Shown here: positions 29,726-43,820 of the stretch, piece by piece
Numbering within the stretch: position 1 is the first letter of the stretch
Layout of the letters: each line of letters opens with the position of its first letter
Program-made: the position numbers and the translations under genes
Origin: Octopus vulgaris
Lineage: Eukaryota
Length of the DNA: 64,000 nt
Direction: 5' to 3'
Assembly (NCBI GenBank): GCA_951406725.2
Contig: OX597824.1
Location: 57,412,001-57,476,000 of the forward strand
The notes under the pieces: generated by a model
What the model was told of the DNA's origin: nothing
What the model saw: the letters and a program-made list of their open reading frames with translations, nothing else
Database searches by the model: none

Positions 29726-30041
29726 ACACACACACACACAACAATTTTTAAATTTTCACTTATTTTGTCGTTTCTATTTAGTCTATAGTTGAGAATGTTA
29801 ACTGTAAATATCAATAAAATAATTATAAATAATAATAAAACTCTGAACTAGGTATAAACAGTAACTGCACGACAATGTGAGGTATACTTGCCATCTCAAT
29901 ATGGCTAACCACTAAGGGTGGGTGTTACTGTAGCTTGTAGCCCCAGGAGAACATCGTCTCCAGCTGGCTTTAGGCACAATTTTTGTGCCCTTATGGTATT
30001 TGCAAAGGGAGGTCACCCTTCCCTCGTCAACCTAAGTGATA

Positions 30042-30086
30042 CGCACGGACTGCAGTTTCTAGGTTTTGACCTGTCATCAGCGTACG
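30042..30086 (-). ncRNA. Minimal type I hammerhead (left arm)
   Basis: Exact reverse complement of 30221-30265. Confidence 0.8.
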
Positions 30087-30220
30087 ACAATCACCAGTTT
30101 TCGATGAAAAGGTGTTCCACTGCAAATCCTTATATCGTTTTTCCAGTAACTTTTCATCACTGATCGTCACGATATAAGGATTTGCGTTGGAACACCGTTT
30201 CATCGAAAACCGGTGATTGT

Positions 30221-30265
30221 CGTACGCTGATGACAGGTCAAAACCTAGAAACTGCAGTCCGTGCG
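30221..30265 (+). ncRNA. Minimal type I hammerhead (right arm)
   Basis: CGTACG-CTGATGA-C-AGGT-caaa-ACCT-A-GAA-ACTGCAGT-C-CGTGCG. Stem I is 6 bp, and the cleavage site is GUC. Confidence 0.8.
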
Positions 30266-31926
30266 TATCACTTAGGTTGACGAGGGAAGGGTGACCTCCC
30301 TTTGCAAATACCACAAGGGCACAGAAAGTGTGCCTAAAGCCAGCTGGAGACGATGTTCTCCTGGGGCTACAAGCTACAGTAACACCTACCCTTAGTGGTT
30401 AGCCATATTGAGATGGCAAGTATACCTCACATAATTATAAATGCTTGTGGTGTATTGAATTCTAATATCCGCTTCTTAAAGCAACAGTTGTGGACAGAGA
30501 TGATTAACTTATGTAACAATTTAAGCTTCCGACTAAATAAGACAGCGAGGAATGTTTAAAATTGGAATTGAAAGTATTTCTTCTCAATGTAGCAAATGTA
30601 TTTTTTTTAGAGTAATGAGCATGAACATAGCATTTTCATATCCTCAAAAATATAAGGCTTTTAATAGTAGTGGTTAATTTTGCTCACATGAAACTGTCGC
30701 CACACTTCAATAGTATTGTATATTTTACATATTCTAGCCTTTAAAACATAATAATTTTAACATGAAGGCTTGGGATTAGAAATAACGTTTGAGATGTGTA
30801 ACTGTGTCTGACTGCCTAAGATTCTTGTTATTGGCTGAAGGTTGGTTCCAGGCGAAGTCTCTTGGCAGAGAATATAACATAACAGCGTTTACAGCGTTGA
30901 TATTTACAACGATGTCTGTAGGTATATGCTGGTGGGGATTAAAGTAATGATGATAATGAACAGACCAGGTTCTTAAGTTTTCTCAGATGAGGAGAGTAAA
31001 TTAGAAATTGAAGGCGATTTAGCTAATATTTCTAACTGGTCGAATGTCCATGTGTTTTCTGTAGAAGCAGTTTGTTGATTTGGGTCAATATAGTTGTTGC
31101 TTGGAGCCTATACCTGCCCTGTGAAAACTCTTAATCAAAAGCGTTTTAGCCGTGACTCTATTTTTTTTTTTTTAGGAAAATTATCTTCTCTTATGTATCA
31201 TCCATGTTTTAAGACGTGATCAGTATTAACTGAAGAAGGGTTTCTTATTAGATTCGAACCAACAAATAATGATAAATTTGAATGAAACCACAAAATGTCC
31301 CTCTTTACTTCACTAAACTTGTATCCCAAAAGTTTTCTCATCTTAAAATACACTTTGATATCGTTTTACTAGTTTTTGGCAATTCTCAGGAAAACTTTGG
31401 ACATTTCAAAGTTGCAGGCGTAATGCAGTTTATTCACCACCACACCTCATACCTTGCCTACCCTTCCCTCTCTTTCTCTCTTTGTTAGTCTTTCGCTCCC
31501 CCCACCCCAAGCACAGACACATACACAAAGATAAAAAAATAACTAACGTTAAGCTTTATGAAATCCCAGGCTTAAGGATTTGATGGAATTGTGCTGCCAT
31601 GCTAAAAGATTTCTCTCATTAGCCAAAACTGACCAGTGGAAATTGAAACTTCAAATAAAACAGTTCAACTGATTGATGATGGAACGGTTCCAGCAACTTT
31701 GGCTTCACATAATACTATGCGCCGCTACTCAAGGTTTTCTCATATATTAGTTATTTTTGCTGTTTTTGTCTTATTGTCCATTTGTTTTGCTTTAGCTTAA
31801 AGTGTGACTGTTCACGTTGTTGTTGCTGCTGCTGTTGGTGGTGTTCGTTCTCACGTGGTTTCTTTTAACTTGTGAAATATGTTTAATAAAGGCCACGAAC
31901 TCTTACACCACCACCACCGTCCCCAC

Positions 31927-31959
<33 letters not shown>

Positions 31960-32319
31960 TAACAACATCGCAACCATCACCACCATTACTATCACGACCA
32001 TCACCTTCACCACCTCAACAGCAATGAAACCAAAACTATTTGAAATCAAGAATGATTTCGATATTATACAGATCCTTTTATATCTTGTCTCAATTTTGCC
32101 GGTGAGGCAGAATGATTAATTGATAGAAGTGATAAATCACTGAAGTACATAGAGAAAGGGACCAGGTTCAAATCATGGATTTCTCCCAAAAGCTTATCAA
32201 TTTTAGGAAAAAGAAAAAGAGAGCTCTTATTTATTGTCGAGTTCTAGAATAGACTAGCATTGACTACCTTATATCTACCCTCTAAATAGATTGGCTTCTG
32301 ATATTGACAGAAGGCCAGT

Positions 32320-32505
32320 AGTTTTGTGGGAATCAGCTAAGTCGATTAGATCGACTCTAGTGCGCAAATGGTACTAATTTTATCGATCCCGAAAGGATGA
32401 CAAGCAAAGTAGACCTCGGTGGAATTTGAACTCAGAAAGTTAAGTCGGACGAAATGCTGCTTAGCATTTTGCCAGGCACGCTAACGATTCTGCCAGCTTG
32501 CCGGC
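32320..32505 (-). mobile_element. tRNA-derived SINE (family 1)
   Basis: Reverse-complement homology to 6075-6298. Confidence 0.7.
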
Positions 32506-32678
32506 TTCTACTCTCTAAATATATTGCTTTTGCTATATCCTCTTCCTTTTCCTTCTCCCCTCGTCCTTGTCGTCGTCGATCATCATCATCATCAAACCCT
32601 GGACATTACTGTCTCGAGTCTTGTAGCACTGGGGTCGAGTCATTCAAATAAATGTCTTCAAGGCGGTGCCCCAGCATA

Positions 32679-32746
<68 letters not shown>

Positions 32747-32794
32747 TACATACATACACAAATACACACACACATACACACACACACACACACA

Positions 32795-32860
<66 letters not shown>

Positions 32861-33270
32861 CTCTTTTACTCTTTTACTCTTTTACTTGTTTCAGTCATTT
32901 GACTGCGGCCATGCTGGAGCACCACCTTTAATCGAGCAACTCGACACCGGGACTTATTCTTTTGTAAGCCCAGTACTTATTCTATCGGTCTCTTTTGCCG
33001 AACCGCCAAGTAACGGGGACATAAACACACCAGCATCGGTTGTCAAGCAATGCTAGGGGGACAAACACAGACACACAAACACACACACGCATATATATAC
33101 ATATATACGACGGGCTTCTTTCAGTTTCCGTCTACCAAATCCACTCACAAGGCTTTGGTCGGCCCGAGGCTATAGTAGAAGACACTTGCCCAAGGTGCCA
33201 CGCAGTGGGAATGAACCCGGAACCATGTGGTTGGTAAACAAGCTACTTACCACACAGCCACTCCTGCGCC
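32861..33270 (-). mobile_element. tRNA-derived SINE (family 2), near full length
   Basis: A/B boxes at the 33270 end, an internal microsatellite, and a 3' tail with (GAGTAAAA) repeats. Confidence 0.85.
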
Positions 33271-33460
33271 TTATATATTTATATATATAAGAAGCTCTGA
33301 TGTAAATATTCTGATATTCTACCCCACTCTATCCTGTTATTCTGCATTGTACTGTTGTCCGCTAATGTATAGACGTTGATGTGTATGTCCATTTTCCCTT
33401 CTAAGCAGCGGAGCTTTAGGTAAGCCAGTCTATTTTGCATTAAGTCTTTATCTCTATATA

Positions 33461-34741
33461 CGAGGGGCATTCAATAAGTAATGCCTCTGACCCACTTCCC
33501 ATAGCAGTAGAGCAACGACACTTGGCACAGTTATTAGTCTTTTTCTACATAGGAACCACCCAGAGTTACGCATTTCTTCCATCGTTTGATGCAGCTCTGA
33601 AGACCGTTTTTGTAGAAGACCCCAGCTTGGTCCTCCAACCACGACGTGACTTCAGAAATCAAGGCTGCATCATCTGGGAAACGCTTTCCTTTCAAAAACA
33701 ACTTCATGACTGGGAAGAGGTGAAAATCAGAGGGTGCAGGTCAGGAGATGGGGGATGAGTTCATAGCCGCACGCCTGTGCTTCTGATCTGGCGACACGCG
33801 AGTTGTGGATCGGAGCGTTGTCCTGCAGGAGAAGGATGCCTTTGCTGATCTTGTTCCGCCTCTTGATTTTGATAGCTTCTCTTAATTTCCTCAAAAGTGA
33901 AGCATAATAGACTCCTGTAATTGTGGCACCCTTTGCCAAGAAATCTGTCATCACTACTCCGTCCTGGTCCCAGAAGACTGTGAGCATGACCTTGCCAGCG
34001 GAGGGCTGCACCCTTGCCTTCTTTGGAGGAGGTGAGTCACGGTGCTTCCACTGCATTGACTGGGCTTTGGTCTCTGGATCATAGTGATGGACCTAGGTTT
34101 CATCCTGTGTAATCAGTCTTTTGAAAAATTTTGACTCATCTTCTTGGCACATCTTCAAATTCATCCTCGCGCTATCGACGCGTTCTTGCTTCTGGAAAGG
34201 TGTGAGCAGCCTGAGAATCCATCTGGCAGACACCTTTTGCATATGCAAATGGTCATGAATGATAGTTTCCACAGACCCGGTACCAATCCTGACCTCATGG
34301 GCTATTTGGCGAATAGTTATGCGTCGATCTTCCAAAATGGCAGCCTCAAATTGACGGACAGATGCCTCATCAATGGCAGAAGGGGGCGACCAGATCTGGG
34401 AGCTGTTTCCACAAAGTTCCGACCATGTTTGAATTCACGATGCCGGCGTTTTACAAGGTAATATGATGGAGCATCATCACCATAAGATACTTTTATTTCA
34501 TCAAAAGTCTCCCGTGGTGTGCGTCCTTTCAAATACAAAAACCGCATCACTGCTCGACACTCAACAGGCTCCGTTTCACACTTGACTCAGTTCAAACACC
34601 TGTAAATAAGAAACCACAATTAGTTCAGAGCTGTAATTTGCCACTTAATCTATAGAGATATAGGTAATTGCACATGCAATATTTCAGCTAGATCAAACAA
34701 CTGTAAGTGGGTCAGAGGCATTACTTATTGAACACCCCTCG
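33461..34741 (-). mobile_element. Full-length mariner DNA transposon (1281 bp) with a frameshifted transposase
   Basis: TA target duplications and ~37-bp TIRs (CGAGGGGCATTCAATAAGTAATGCCTCTGACCCACTT). Motifs: APRSGRP, KVSARWILRLL, ITQDET, PSAGKVMLTVFWD, LLQDNAPIH. Confidence 0.95.
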
Positions 34742-34904
34742 TAACACCCTGAATTCTGCCATATTTCACTTTCTGTAACTTAAGCGGCAATTAATAATCG
34801 TTTTATATAGAATAGTGCACATTTATAACTAATCATGCACGAGCGGGCTTTCAAAACCAGACGTATATATAAGAAGTCTAAATACACATTCAATGGCACA
34901 CACA

Positions 34905-34953
<49 letters not shown>

Positions 34954-35404
34954 TTACATACATCGCTTGCATATTTAAAAAACGAAAAATAAAATTCAGT
35001 ACGTAATACAAAACTGAAAAATGAAAGTTACAACAACAACAACAACAACAACAACAATAGCAACAATAACAATAGTAACAACAAAAATAACAACAACACC
35101 AAAGTACAAGAACAGTAACAACAACTCAACAACAACCTTGGACAACTTTGATGAAACAAAGACCATGCAAAGAAATGCAAGAGAAACGCCATCAAACTGA
35201 AGCGATATTCCTTGGAGTAAGGGACGGTGTAAGTTTTAGATCTATTATGAATCAGATTGCTTATATGACTTCATTTGACGTTTGGTTACCAAGTGAATTG
35301 ATCTTCTTTGACAATTCTCTTTAAATGTGGGGAAGATAAATTGTGTTGTCAAGCGGTGATGGGGTGACAAACACAGACACAAAGACACACAGAGATATAT
35401 ACAC

Positions 35405-35474
<70 letters not shown>

Positions 35475-36346
35475 TCGTATATTGGGATTATTTTTATGTA
35501 GAATCAAAGACTTTACTGCAATATTCATCTACCGCTCCAGGGATTGGATCTTAGTTGTTTTTGTATATCTTTCTTTCATAGATTACCTTTATATATGTAG
35601 ACTAGCTCAAGGTGACCCGCTCTACGCGCGGGTAAGAGTGTGGTTGTTACTTTCTGTTGCTTCCTTTCTGTTTTTTATCACCACATTCTCCCTCTTTGTT
35701 TCTCTCTCCTTTCTCTCTCACTTTCCCACTCTTTTACTCTTCTTTTCTCTCGGACTCTCCCTCGCTTTCTCCTACTCTCTATCTTTCGCTATCTCTCTCT
35801 CTCCCATTTATAAACAACAAAAGATCTTGAGTAAGTTAAAAAAGAAAACATTTTGAAAGATCAATCATAAATATCAGGCAGTGACAACGGAAAGCTCTGC
35901 TTCAAGGTAGACAGCAAAACACTAACATTTAAAAGGGACAGACGAACTTGCGAGCTGAATAAAAATATTGGAAACCAAAGTTTGAAGGGATAGAATCTGA
36001 GGATAGTAGAGTCACCATGGCTGGCATTTCTTAACGACGGACGGCAACGTAGTGGCAGTTTAACGGCTGGCGTAAAATTTTGAACTTGATGTAAAAGAAA
36101 ATTCCTAAACATCCGCTCCTGTAACTTTTAATCCCCTTCCAACCCCATTTAGACCCCTTTTCACATTTTGGTTAATATAACCCGATTTCATTCGGGTCTA
36201 CTTCGGGTCTACTCGGGCTACAAGAGGAATTTTGTCCTAGAGGTCAGGCCTTTCATTTGAGGAAAAAAATAGTTGCCATGCAAACTCGCCAGCACATTTA
36301 ACTTAGGTGTGCATATTTTCAGCTCAACCGACCACATAATGAACAC

Positions 36347-36400
<54 letters not shown>

Positions 36401-37319
36401 ATATATATACGCATTAAATATATATGTGTACATATATACGCAGTATATATATATGTGTGTGCGTGTGTGTGTGTACGCATTATATATACAAATGTATAAA
36501 AATTATACAGATATATACACTTTGTATATACATATATATATACATATTTATATATAGAACACACACACACACATATAAATTAACCCAATAATTATCGCCG
36601 CCACCACCACACAATCATGAGAACAAATATTTGTTCTCATGATTGTGTGGTGATGGCGATAATAATTCTCTCTATGAATGCAGACAGACGTAGAGAGAGA
36701 GGGGGATGTGAGAGAAAGAGTGAGAGCGCTGGCGAAGTCGGCGGGGGAAAGATAGTTGATGTGTCACACGTCGTTATAGAGAGAAAGTGAAGGGAAGGGA
36801 GGAAAGAGAGAGAGCTGGAGGAAGACAGGCAGATAAGAGAATGAGAGTAACGAAAAAAGACTTGTAAGTGTGGTTTTTTTGCCCTAGTAACCACAGCTTT
36901 TGAGATAGGGATTTCTAAACTAGCCCACTCATATCCTCATCTCATTTTACATGACCCTGTAAATTTCAGAGCGAATCGGACGTGATATTGTGCCCTTTAA
37001 CCCGTTCCAATTCCAAAACCAGACAAACAAACTTTTGCATTTCAGATTTATTGATATTGATACAGTTCTGCGTTATAATTTTACACACAAGTGCGCGCGC
37101 GCGCACACTCACACACATACATGTGTGTGGTAAGAAACTTGCTTCAAACCACAAGGTTGAGAGTTCAGTCCTACTGCTTGGGCAAGTGTCTCTATTATAG
37201 CCCTTTGATCAAAGCCTTTTGAGCGGATTTGGTAGACGGAAACTGAAAGAAACCCGTCGTGTGTGTGAGTGTATATACATATGTGTACATTATATACGTA
37301 TATATTTATATATATATAT

Positions 37320-38841
37320 ATATCTGTCTGTCTGTCTGTGTGTTTCCCTAAAACTTGTGAACTACACAATCAATTTCATTCAAATTTTACAGATGGGTCC
37401 GAGGAGTCTCATCGGCAAAAATTTTTAACTTTTTGCCTAGGACGAGGCCACAGCAATATCATATCTTCTTTACTATGATTCCCTAAAACTTGAGAACTAC
37501 ACAACTAATTTCATTAAAATTTTACACATGCCTTACTTAGGGTCCATGTAGTTTCATGGGCAAAAAAAAATGTTCAGCTTCTTGCCTAGGACGAGCCCAT
37601 AGCAATATCATATCTTCTCCAGTATTTCAGTATTACGTGTTAAAAGTGAAACAAAAACATCTCTCTATTTTATGTCAGATACTTTCATTTTAACAATAAA
37701 AGTTAGAGATGATAATAACAATTGAATTATATGTAGTAAGTAATAATTAAAATCAAACTAAAGTATAATATAATAATTAAATCGTAACATAACAATTAAA
37801 AGTAAAAATAGCAATTGGTATAAAATTGCATCAATGACTTGAACTTGAATAAGTGGTTTTACATGAATGGGAATAAATAAAAAATAAAATTTAAGTGCAG
37901 AAATGGAATAGTCCAGATGGAGCGGTGCACAAACCCTTTACAACGGCTTTTACATTAGATTATCTGCTAATTTGCTAGCATTATCTATATGAAGTTTGGT
38001 TGTATGTAATGTCTGTTTTCTCGAACAGCCGCTTCTACTGAGTACTGCTGTTGGTTTATTTCTTATACATAAATGACCATAGCTTCAACTGAGTACTGCT
38101 TTTTGATTCACCGTAAGGTTTGTTGTTATTATTATTACCGTTTAACTATTGTTGTCATGTTTGTTGGTTCCTCGTAAGGGAAACGTCGTTGTGTTGCATT
38201 TGTTAAATAATTGTAAACCCTAACCCTCCCCCTTTGGGAGAAGGAGCTTTGGTTATTGTTTAAAAATTGAATTGTGTCCCTGTTTGGGGAAATTGAAAAT
38301 ATTTTCACCGTTTATACGGAAGCATTTTTGTTAAAATGTCTTCGATAGAAGAAAGTCCAAAAATGAATTTCGCTGCAGTCGTCGACTATGAAAGATATCA
38401 AGTATCTAACCAGAGGCGGTAAATTCGCCACAATAGAAGCAAGGTTCGAGTCAACGGAGCATGCAAGTGAGTACTCGACTCGAACCTTGCAAAGTGGAAA
38501 TATTTTATTTTTACCTTTATATCTGGGACGTAGGACGTTCGGGGTAAAAATTTAAAATGTCCTCCCAGAAGTAGAGGTAGGCTGGATTGTAGCCACACTT
38601 CTATACAAGAGGGAGGACAAGATACAATTGATCGAAATTGCAAGAGACGAGCCTACAATTCCAGTCTGTTATATATTTTGAGTATTGTTATCACTAGCGA
38701 TATCAAGATATAACTTTGTATTTTGTATTTTATGTGTAGATGTATATATATAGATGTACATGTAATATGTACACACATATATATACACATATATACATGC
38801 ACTAGCACTATGACCCTGCAACGCCGGGTCATATTGCTAGT
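37320..38841 (+). mobile_element. Possible non-autonomous Helitron/HINE-like element
   Basis: (CTGT)n start, an internal ~140-bp duplication (37345-37475 and 37479-37620), and a GC hairpin ending GCAACGCCGGGTCATATTGCTAGT. Confidence 0.4.
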
Positions 38842-38848
38842 ATATATA

Positions 38849-38888
<40 letters not shown>

Positions 38889-38900
38889 TATATATATATA

Positions 38901-39480
38901 CTCATGGTATCAGAGCGAGTGTAAGCCGTTACCAGTATCACCAATTCCACGCTGGCGGGAGGAGGTTAGTGACACATACTTTCATTCACACTTCGAATTT
39001 GGTGATACTGGTAACGGCTTACGCTCGCTCTGATACCATGAGTTGAGGTGATGTCTTCTAGTGCCTCCAAATTTAATACACAATTATTCATAATTGTAGA
39101 GTCCTACGCTGAGGAGAAAAGTAGTCGGGTAAGACATAATTATTTAATTTTTATGCTTTCCTATAACTTAATTTCGAAACGTACGTCCGTAGGTGACTTA
39201 ATATAGAATGATTGTCGTCATTTCTTTCTCTTTTGCCTGCGTTTGCCTTTTAAGTGCTGTGGTTTTACTGAGATCTCCATTTTAAGTAGAAAGAACAGCC
39301 ATAAGTCTTTGACTGCTATTTCTAAATTCGGTGTGTGGTGAGGCAAATCGTTGCTAAACCCTTAATTACTTAGTATTACTTAAACCTTCCCCGAATGGGG
39401 CTTTTACATGCCGAAATCTACTTGGTGAAATTAATGATTATTCCAAATTAATGAATTTCACCCTATATTATTATTGATAA

Positions 39481-39483
<3 letters not shown>
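38901..39483 (+). mobile_element. HHR-bearing non-coding element in (TA)n with a short 5' inversion (38901-38947/38995-39042)
   Basis: A 47-bp inverted repeat at the 5' end, an HHR in the middle, and a 3' end ..TGGTG..TTTCACCCTATATT resembling other elements. Confidence 0.75.
39103..39193 (+). ncRNA. Type I hammerhead ribozyme, intact core
   Basis: CCTACG-CTGAGGA-GAAA..TTTC-GAA-ACGTACGT-C-CGTAGG. Stem I is a perfect 6 bp, and the cleavage site is GUC. Confidence 0.88.
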
Positions 39484-39528
<45 letters not shown>

Positions 39529-39570
39529 TATATATTCTAATGTGATAAATGGAAACACACACACGCACAC

Positions 39571-39678
<108 letters not shown>

Positions 39679-39799
39679 ATATATAATTTAAAATTTAAAA
39701 TGAGGGTGAGAAATTAGATATTAATTTAATTAACATCGATTTCACACCAGTTGTCTAGCATATAAAAAAACTGAAGGTTCAGTAAAATTGTATTATATA

Positions 39800-40309
39800 C
39801 ACTATGTGGACATCCTTATGCTAGAAATAGATCCGCTATGGTCTTACCACTAAGAATTGTTCTCAAGAAAAATTTAGCAAAACAACCAAAAGGTAATCGA
39901 GCAAGACAAAAGAAAAATCAATAAAAATATGGATTATTCGCATACATGTTTCACTATTAACATATTACGTAATTTAGCGCGCCTAAATGAGGACATTTGA
40001 AATAGTAACCACGAGTGTAACGGGTAGAACTGTTTACAAGTCTGACTTTGTGCGAACGTCCTAGTATGCAGTCCTACAAATTATATTCATCTGGACGGTC
40101 ACACGGATGATCTACGGACCTTTATGTAAGTAAAATTACGTAATATGTTAATAGTGAAACATGTATGCGAATAATCCATATTTTTATTGCTTTTTCTTTT
40201 TGTTTTGCTCGATTACGTTTTGGTTGTTTTGCTAAATTTTTCTTGAGAACATTTCTTAGTGGTAAGACCATAGCGGATCTATATCTAGCATAAGGATGTC
40301 CACATAGTG
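39800..40309. repeat. Inverted repeat (arms 39800-39975 and 40133-40309) with decayed HHR at 40100-40169 (+)
   Basis: Both arms carry GAA-ACATGT-A-TGCG. The 5' core survives only as CACA-CGGATGA in the spacer. Confidence 0.85.
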
Positions 40310-42741
40310 GTTTTGGTTGTAATAATTAACTAATTAACTGATAGAATTAGTAGGAAAATGGGACCAAAGTATAATTCTGCTATACATCATATTTTTTTAA
40401 TAATTAGTTCATTAAGAGTCTACACTTGTTGTATCGTTGTAAAAGAATTTTAGCTGAATGAGACGCCACTAATTCAAAGTGGCTCCCATCAGTTGTTAGT
40501 TTTAAACATCCTCTTAGAGGATGTTTAAACGTCAAAATGGTTTTCGAACAATTATAGAAAAACATTCATAAACTAATATGATGAATACATATGTTCTGTT
40601 GGGTTTTGTACAGATTGTTGTTTGTATGAAATTATTTTCATGAGTATTGACTGCTATATAATGAAGCAAAAGAAAGAACACATGTAGTTTCTAGTGTAGG
40701 AAGGTGACTTCAAGAAAATGTCAGAGTCGTGTTTTCTTTTTCTCTTTTTCTAGTATTAGAAGCCATAAAAGTGAATTTAAAAATCTAGAAATACATTCTT
40801 TCTTTAGAATTCTTGAAGCATGACTATCGTTTAACTCTGTGCTTGTTCTGTTTATCACATCTGATACACAGGACATGTTTCCAGTGCGTCCATGCATCAA
40901 ATATGATACATATTCCCATTTTTTTCAAACACCGGAGTAACTAGGGGCTTTTGAAAAGAAACCTTTATATAATTCAAAACGTATGAAACAAAGGTTAACT
41001 AAAAGTTTGAAAACAAACCAGAATGTTTAAGGTCAAGTTTATAAAAAGTGTTTATAAAAAGGATTTTGCGAAATTTTTGTAGTTTATTATTTTTATTCCT
41101 GTAAGAAATACATTTATGATAGTCTTAAACAACCTCGTAAAGAATTTTGGTCTTAATTTATAGTTCATATCTTACATAGGCACCATAGCGTTTTACGGTA
41201 TTGAGGTTAGGTAAGAAATCCATGTTTCATGAAAATAGCGTAAAATATTTATTTGTAAAAATGTAGTGGCCTCAGATGAAGTGGTTTTAAAGGGCCAATA
41301 CTCAGTTTTCAACTGATGGCATTGAGCAGACACGAGATGTATCCCCAACGATGGATAAGATGCTAGTCATTCGAAATTCCCAGACGATCTACTCACAACC
41401 TATTTCCGACAGTTTCAGTTAAATACATTAATGCAATATAGATCAAAATGATGATCTGCTTAGATGCACTAAAATGACGATTGGAATTCAACTCGGAACC
41501 TGTGCGTAGGTAGTTCTGTTTGTCAATTCTTTGGCCATATCACTTCTTTTGCATTGAAGTAAACCAGTCTGTCACTATGACTGCTTTTCCATAGAAGAAA
41601 AAAGGGGAAAAAAACCAAAGATAAAACATTTAAAGTTATAAAATCAAATTTCAGTTTAGTTGTACATACAGGTGCCATTTTATTGCATATTGAAGATTCA
41701 ACAAATTGATCTCTGGTTCAGCCGAGCTCGCTACCGGAAGCCTCAATATTGAGCAGCTTCCACAATTTACACGCCACTAATCAATCTCAGATTTATATCT
41801 TGCCATGAAATTAAAAGAAAGCTAATGAAATATGCATGCGTGCGAGTTTGTTTGAATGTGTACGTGATCGTGTGTATGTATGTGTAAATTGAATAAAAGT
41901 AGAGAAAGTATGATACTAAAAATCGGAGGAAAAAAATTAAATATAAGATTAAATTTAAAATTGTGAAAAAGGACGTAGAAGTTTATATATTAATAACAAT
42001 GAAATGAACAGTGGCCGTGTCTTCTGGCTTTTGTTTTGTTGCATTGTCGATGTTTGTGGTAATCCTTCTTATAGACAATCTGGAGTCAATTGTGACGTAA
42101 CAAGGCTTGTCAGACATGCGCCTTTGATTTCTAACACTTTACCAATGAAAGCCTGTCGCAGACGGCGCCCTATTTTACAAGAGATTACATCAAGCTTTGT
42201 TGTTAATAGCTGTACTGGATGAAGAAAAAAGATAAAACAGTAGACCAAGGTAGTGTCTAGGACAGTGATAATTTTATTTTATGTTATTTCAAAAAATTTA
42301 ATGATTAAAATATACAGGAGATAAAAAGATACAGGGAACGAAAAACTAATGGTGGTTTAAAAGTTCAAGTGAAGATCTACCTACATAGACAATTAAGGTT
42401 ACACGATTTGAAGACAACAACGTTGGTAAATATAATTACATCACACACCGCATGATGTAATTATCGCACCGGGGAAAAAATCTGCAAAAGATTCAATATG
42501 TGTGTGAGTGTGTATGTATGTATGTATTTATGTTTTTTTATTTATGTATGCAGTGTATGTATAGGCAGGTATGCATGAGCATATCTGTGTGCATGTGTGA
42601 ATGTGGGAACATATACACCCAAAAACATATATAGCTATATATTCTTTATATATCTAACTTTAGATAGGTAGATAGATTGCTATGTAGATAAATAGATACA
42701 TAGTTAAATAGATAAACAGACGAGTAAGTAGATAGGTATAT

Positions 42742-42848
<107 letters not shown>

Positions 42849-43400
42849 CGTAGGTAGGTAGATAGATTGATTGATAGCCAGACAGATAGATAGGTAAATA
42901 GGTAGTTAGATAAATAGATAAGTAGAGAGATAGAAAGGTAGTTAGATAAATAGGTAGGTAGGTATATAGGTAGGCAGGTAGGTAGGTAGATAGGTAGATA
43001 GATGGATAGATAGATCACATACACCCCACTGCACAACATACAAACATGAATCACCAACAACATATCAACAAACATATACCCAACTCGCACATATTTAGAC
43101 ATCATGATAGTTATATAGCAGTCTTTGTTATTTAGCCCTCAGTTAACCCTGATCATGCGATCATACCTATAATCAAAACAGTATTCCATCCCGACCCATT
43201 CTCTCTTGATTTTTCAAACAGTATATTTCCGATTAACTTATCCATCGTATCTATTCATTGTTCAGATAACAGTGAATAAATTTAGCAACACTAAGTTGCT
43301 GTATCTAGCAGCTCAACCGATCACGCAGTGACTCGGTGATATGGTTATATAAATGATAGACTGTGGTGAACGATGTCGAGAACAGAGAACTAGGTATATG

Positions 43401-43450
<50 letters not shown>

Positions 43451-43750
43451 GTATGTATGGAAATTCAAATTAAGATGAAAGTAAACAAAGTTTGGTTTAG
43501 AAGCGTTGAGATGTATTGAAAGATACAGATAAGGAAATGTTTTATTCTCAAACGCAGAATAATGCTAGCAGAATACCAGGAACAGGATGAACTATCCATA
43601 TTTTGCAGAGAAATTTGCCGCTAGTTAAATAATAGGGTAGTGACTCTCCCCAGACACAACAAAGTATGCTTCAACACACGAACTCACATAAAGAATCTTG
43701 CAAACCAAATCTTAAAACGAAATACCTACCTACCTACCTACCTACATACC

Positions 43751-43820
<70 letters not shown>

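Larger units (their letters stand above)
29831..30432. mobile_element. Fold-back HHR element: 264-bp inverted arms (29875-30138 and 30169-30432), 30-bp spacer, putative 10-12 bp TSD
   Basis: The arms are almost perfectly complementary. ATAATTATAAAT occurs at 29819-29830 and 30431-30442. Confidence 0.85.

Noticed and set aside
38905-38916. TGGTATCAGAGC, identical to the tRNA-iMet primer-binding site of plant LTR retrotransposons
   Set aside because: No adjacent LTR or gag/pol. It lies in the short inversion of an HHR element and is probably coincidental.
42004-42222. 72-aa ORF in unique sequence as a host exon
   Set aside because: No recognisable domain or clear splice context. It cannot be distinguished from non-coding DNA without expression or conservation data.
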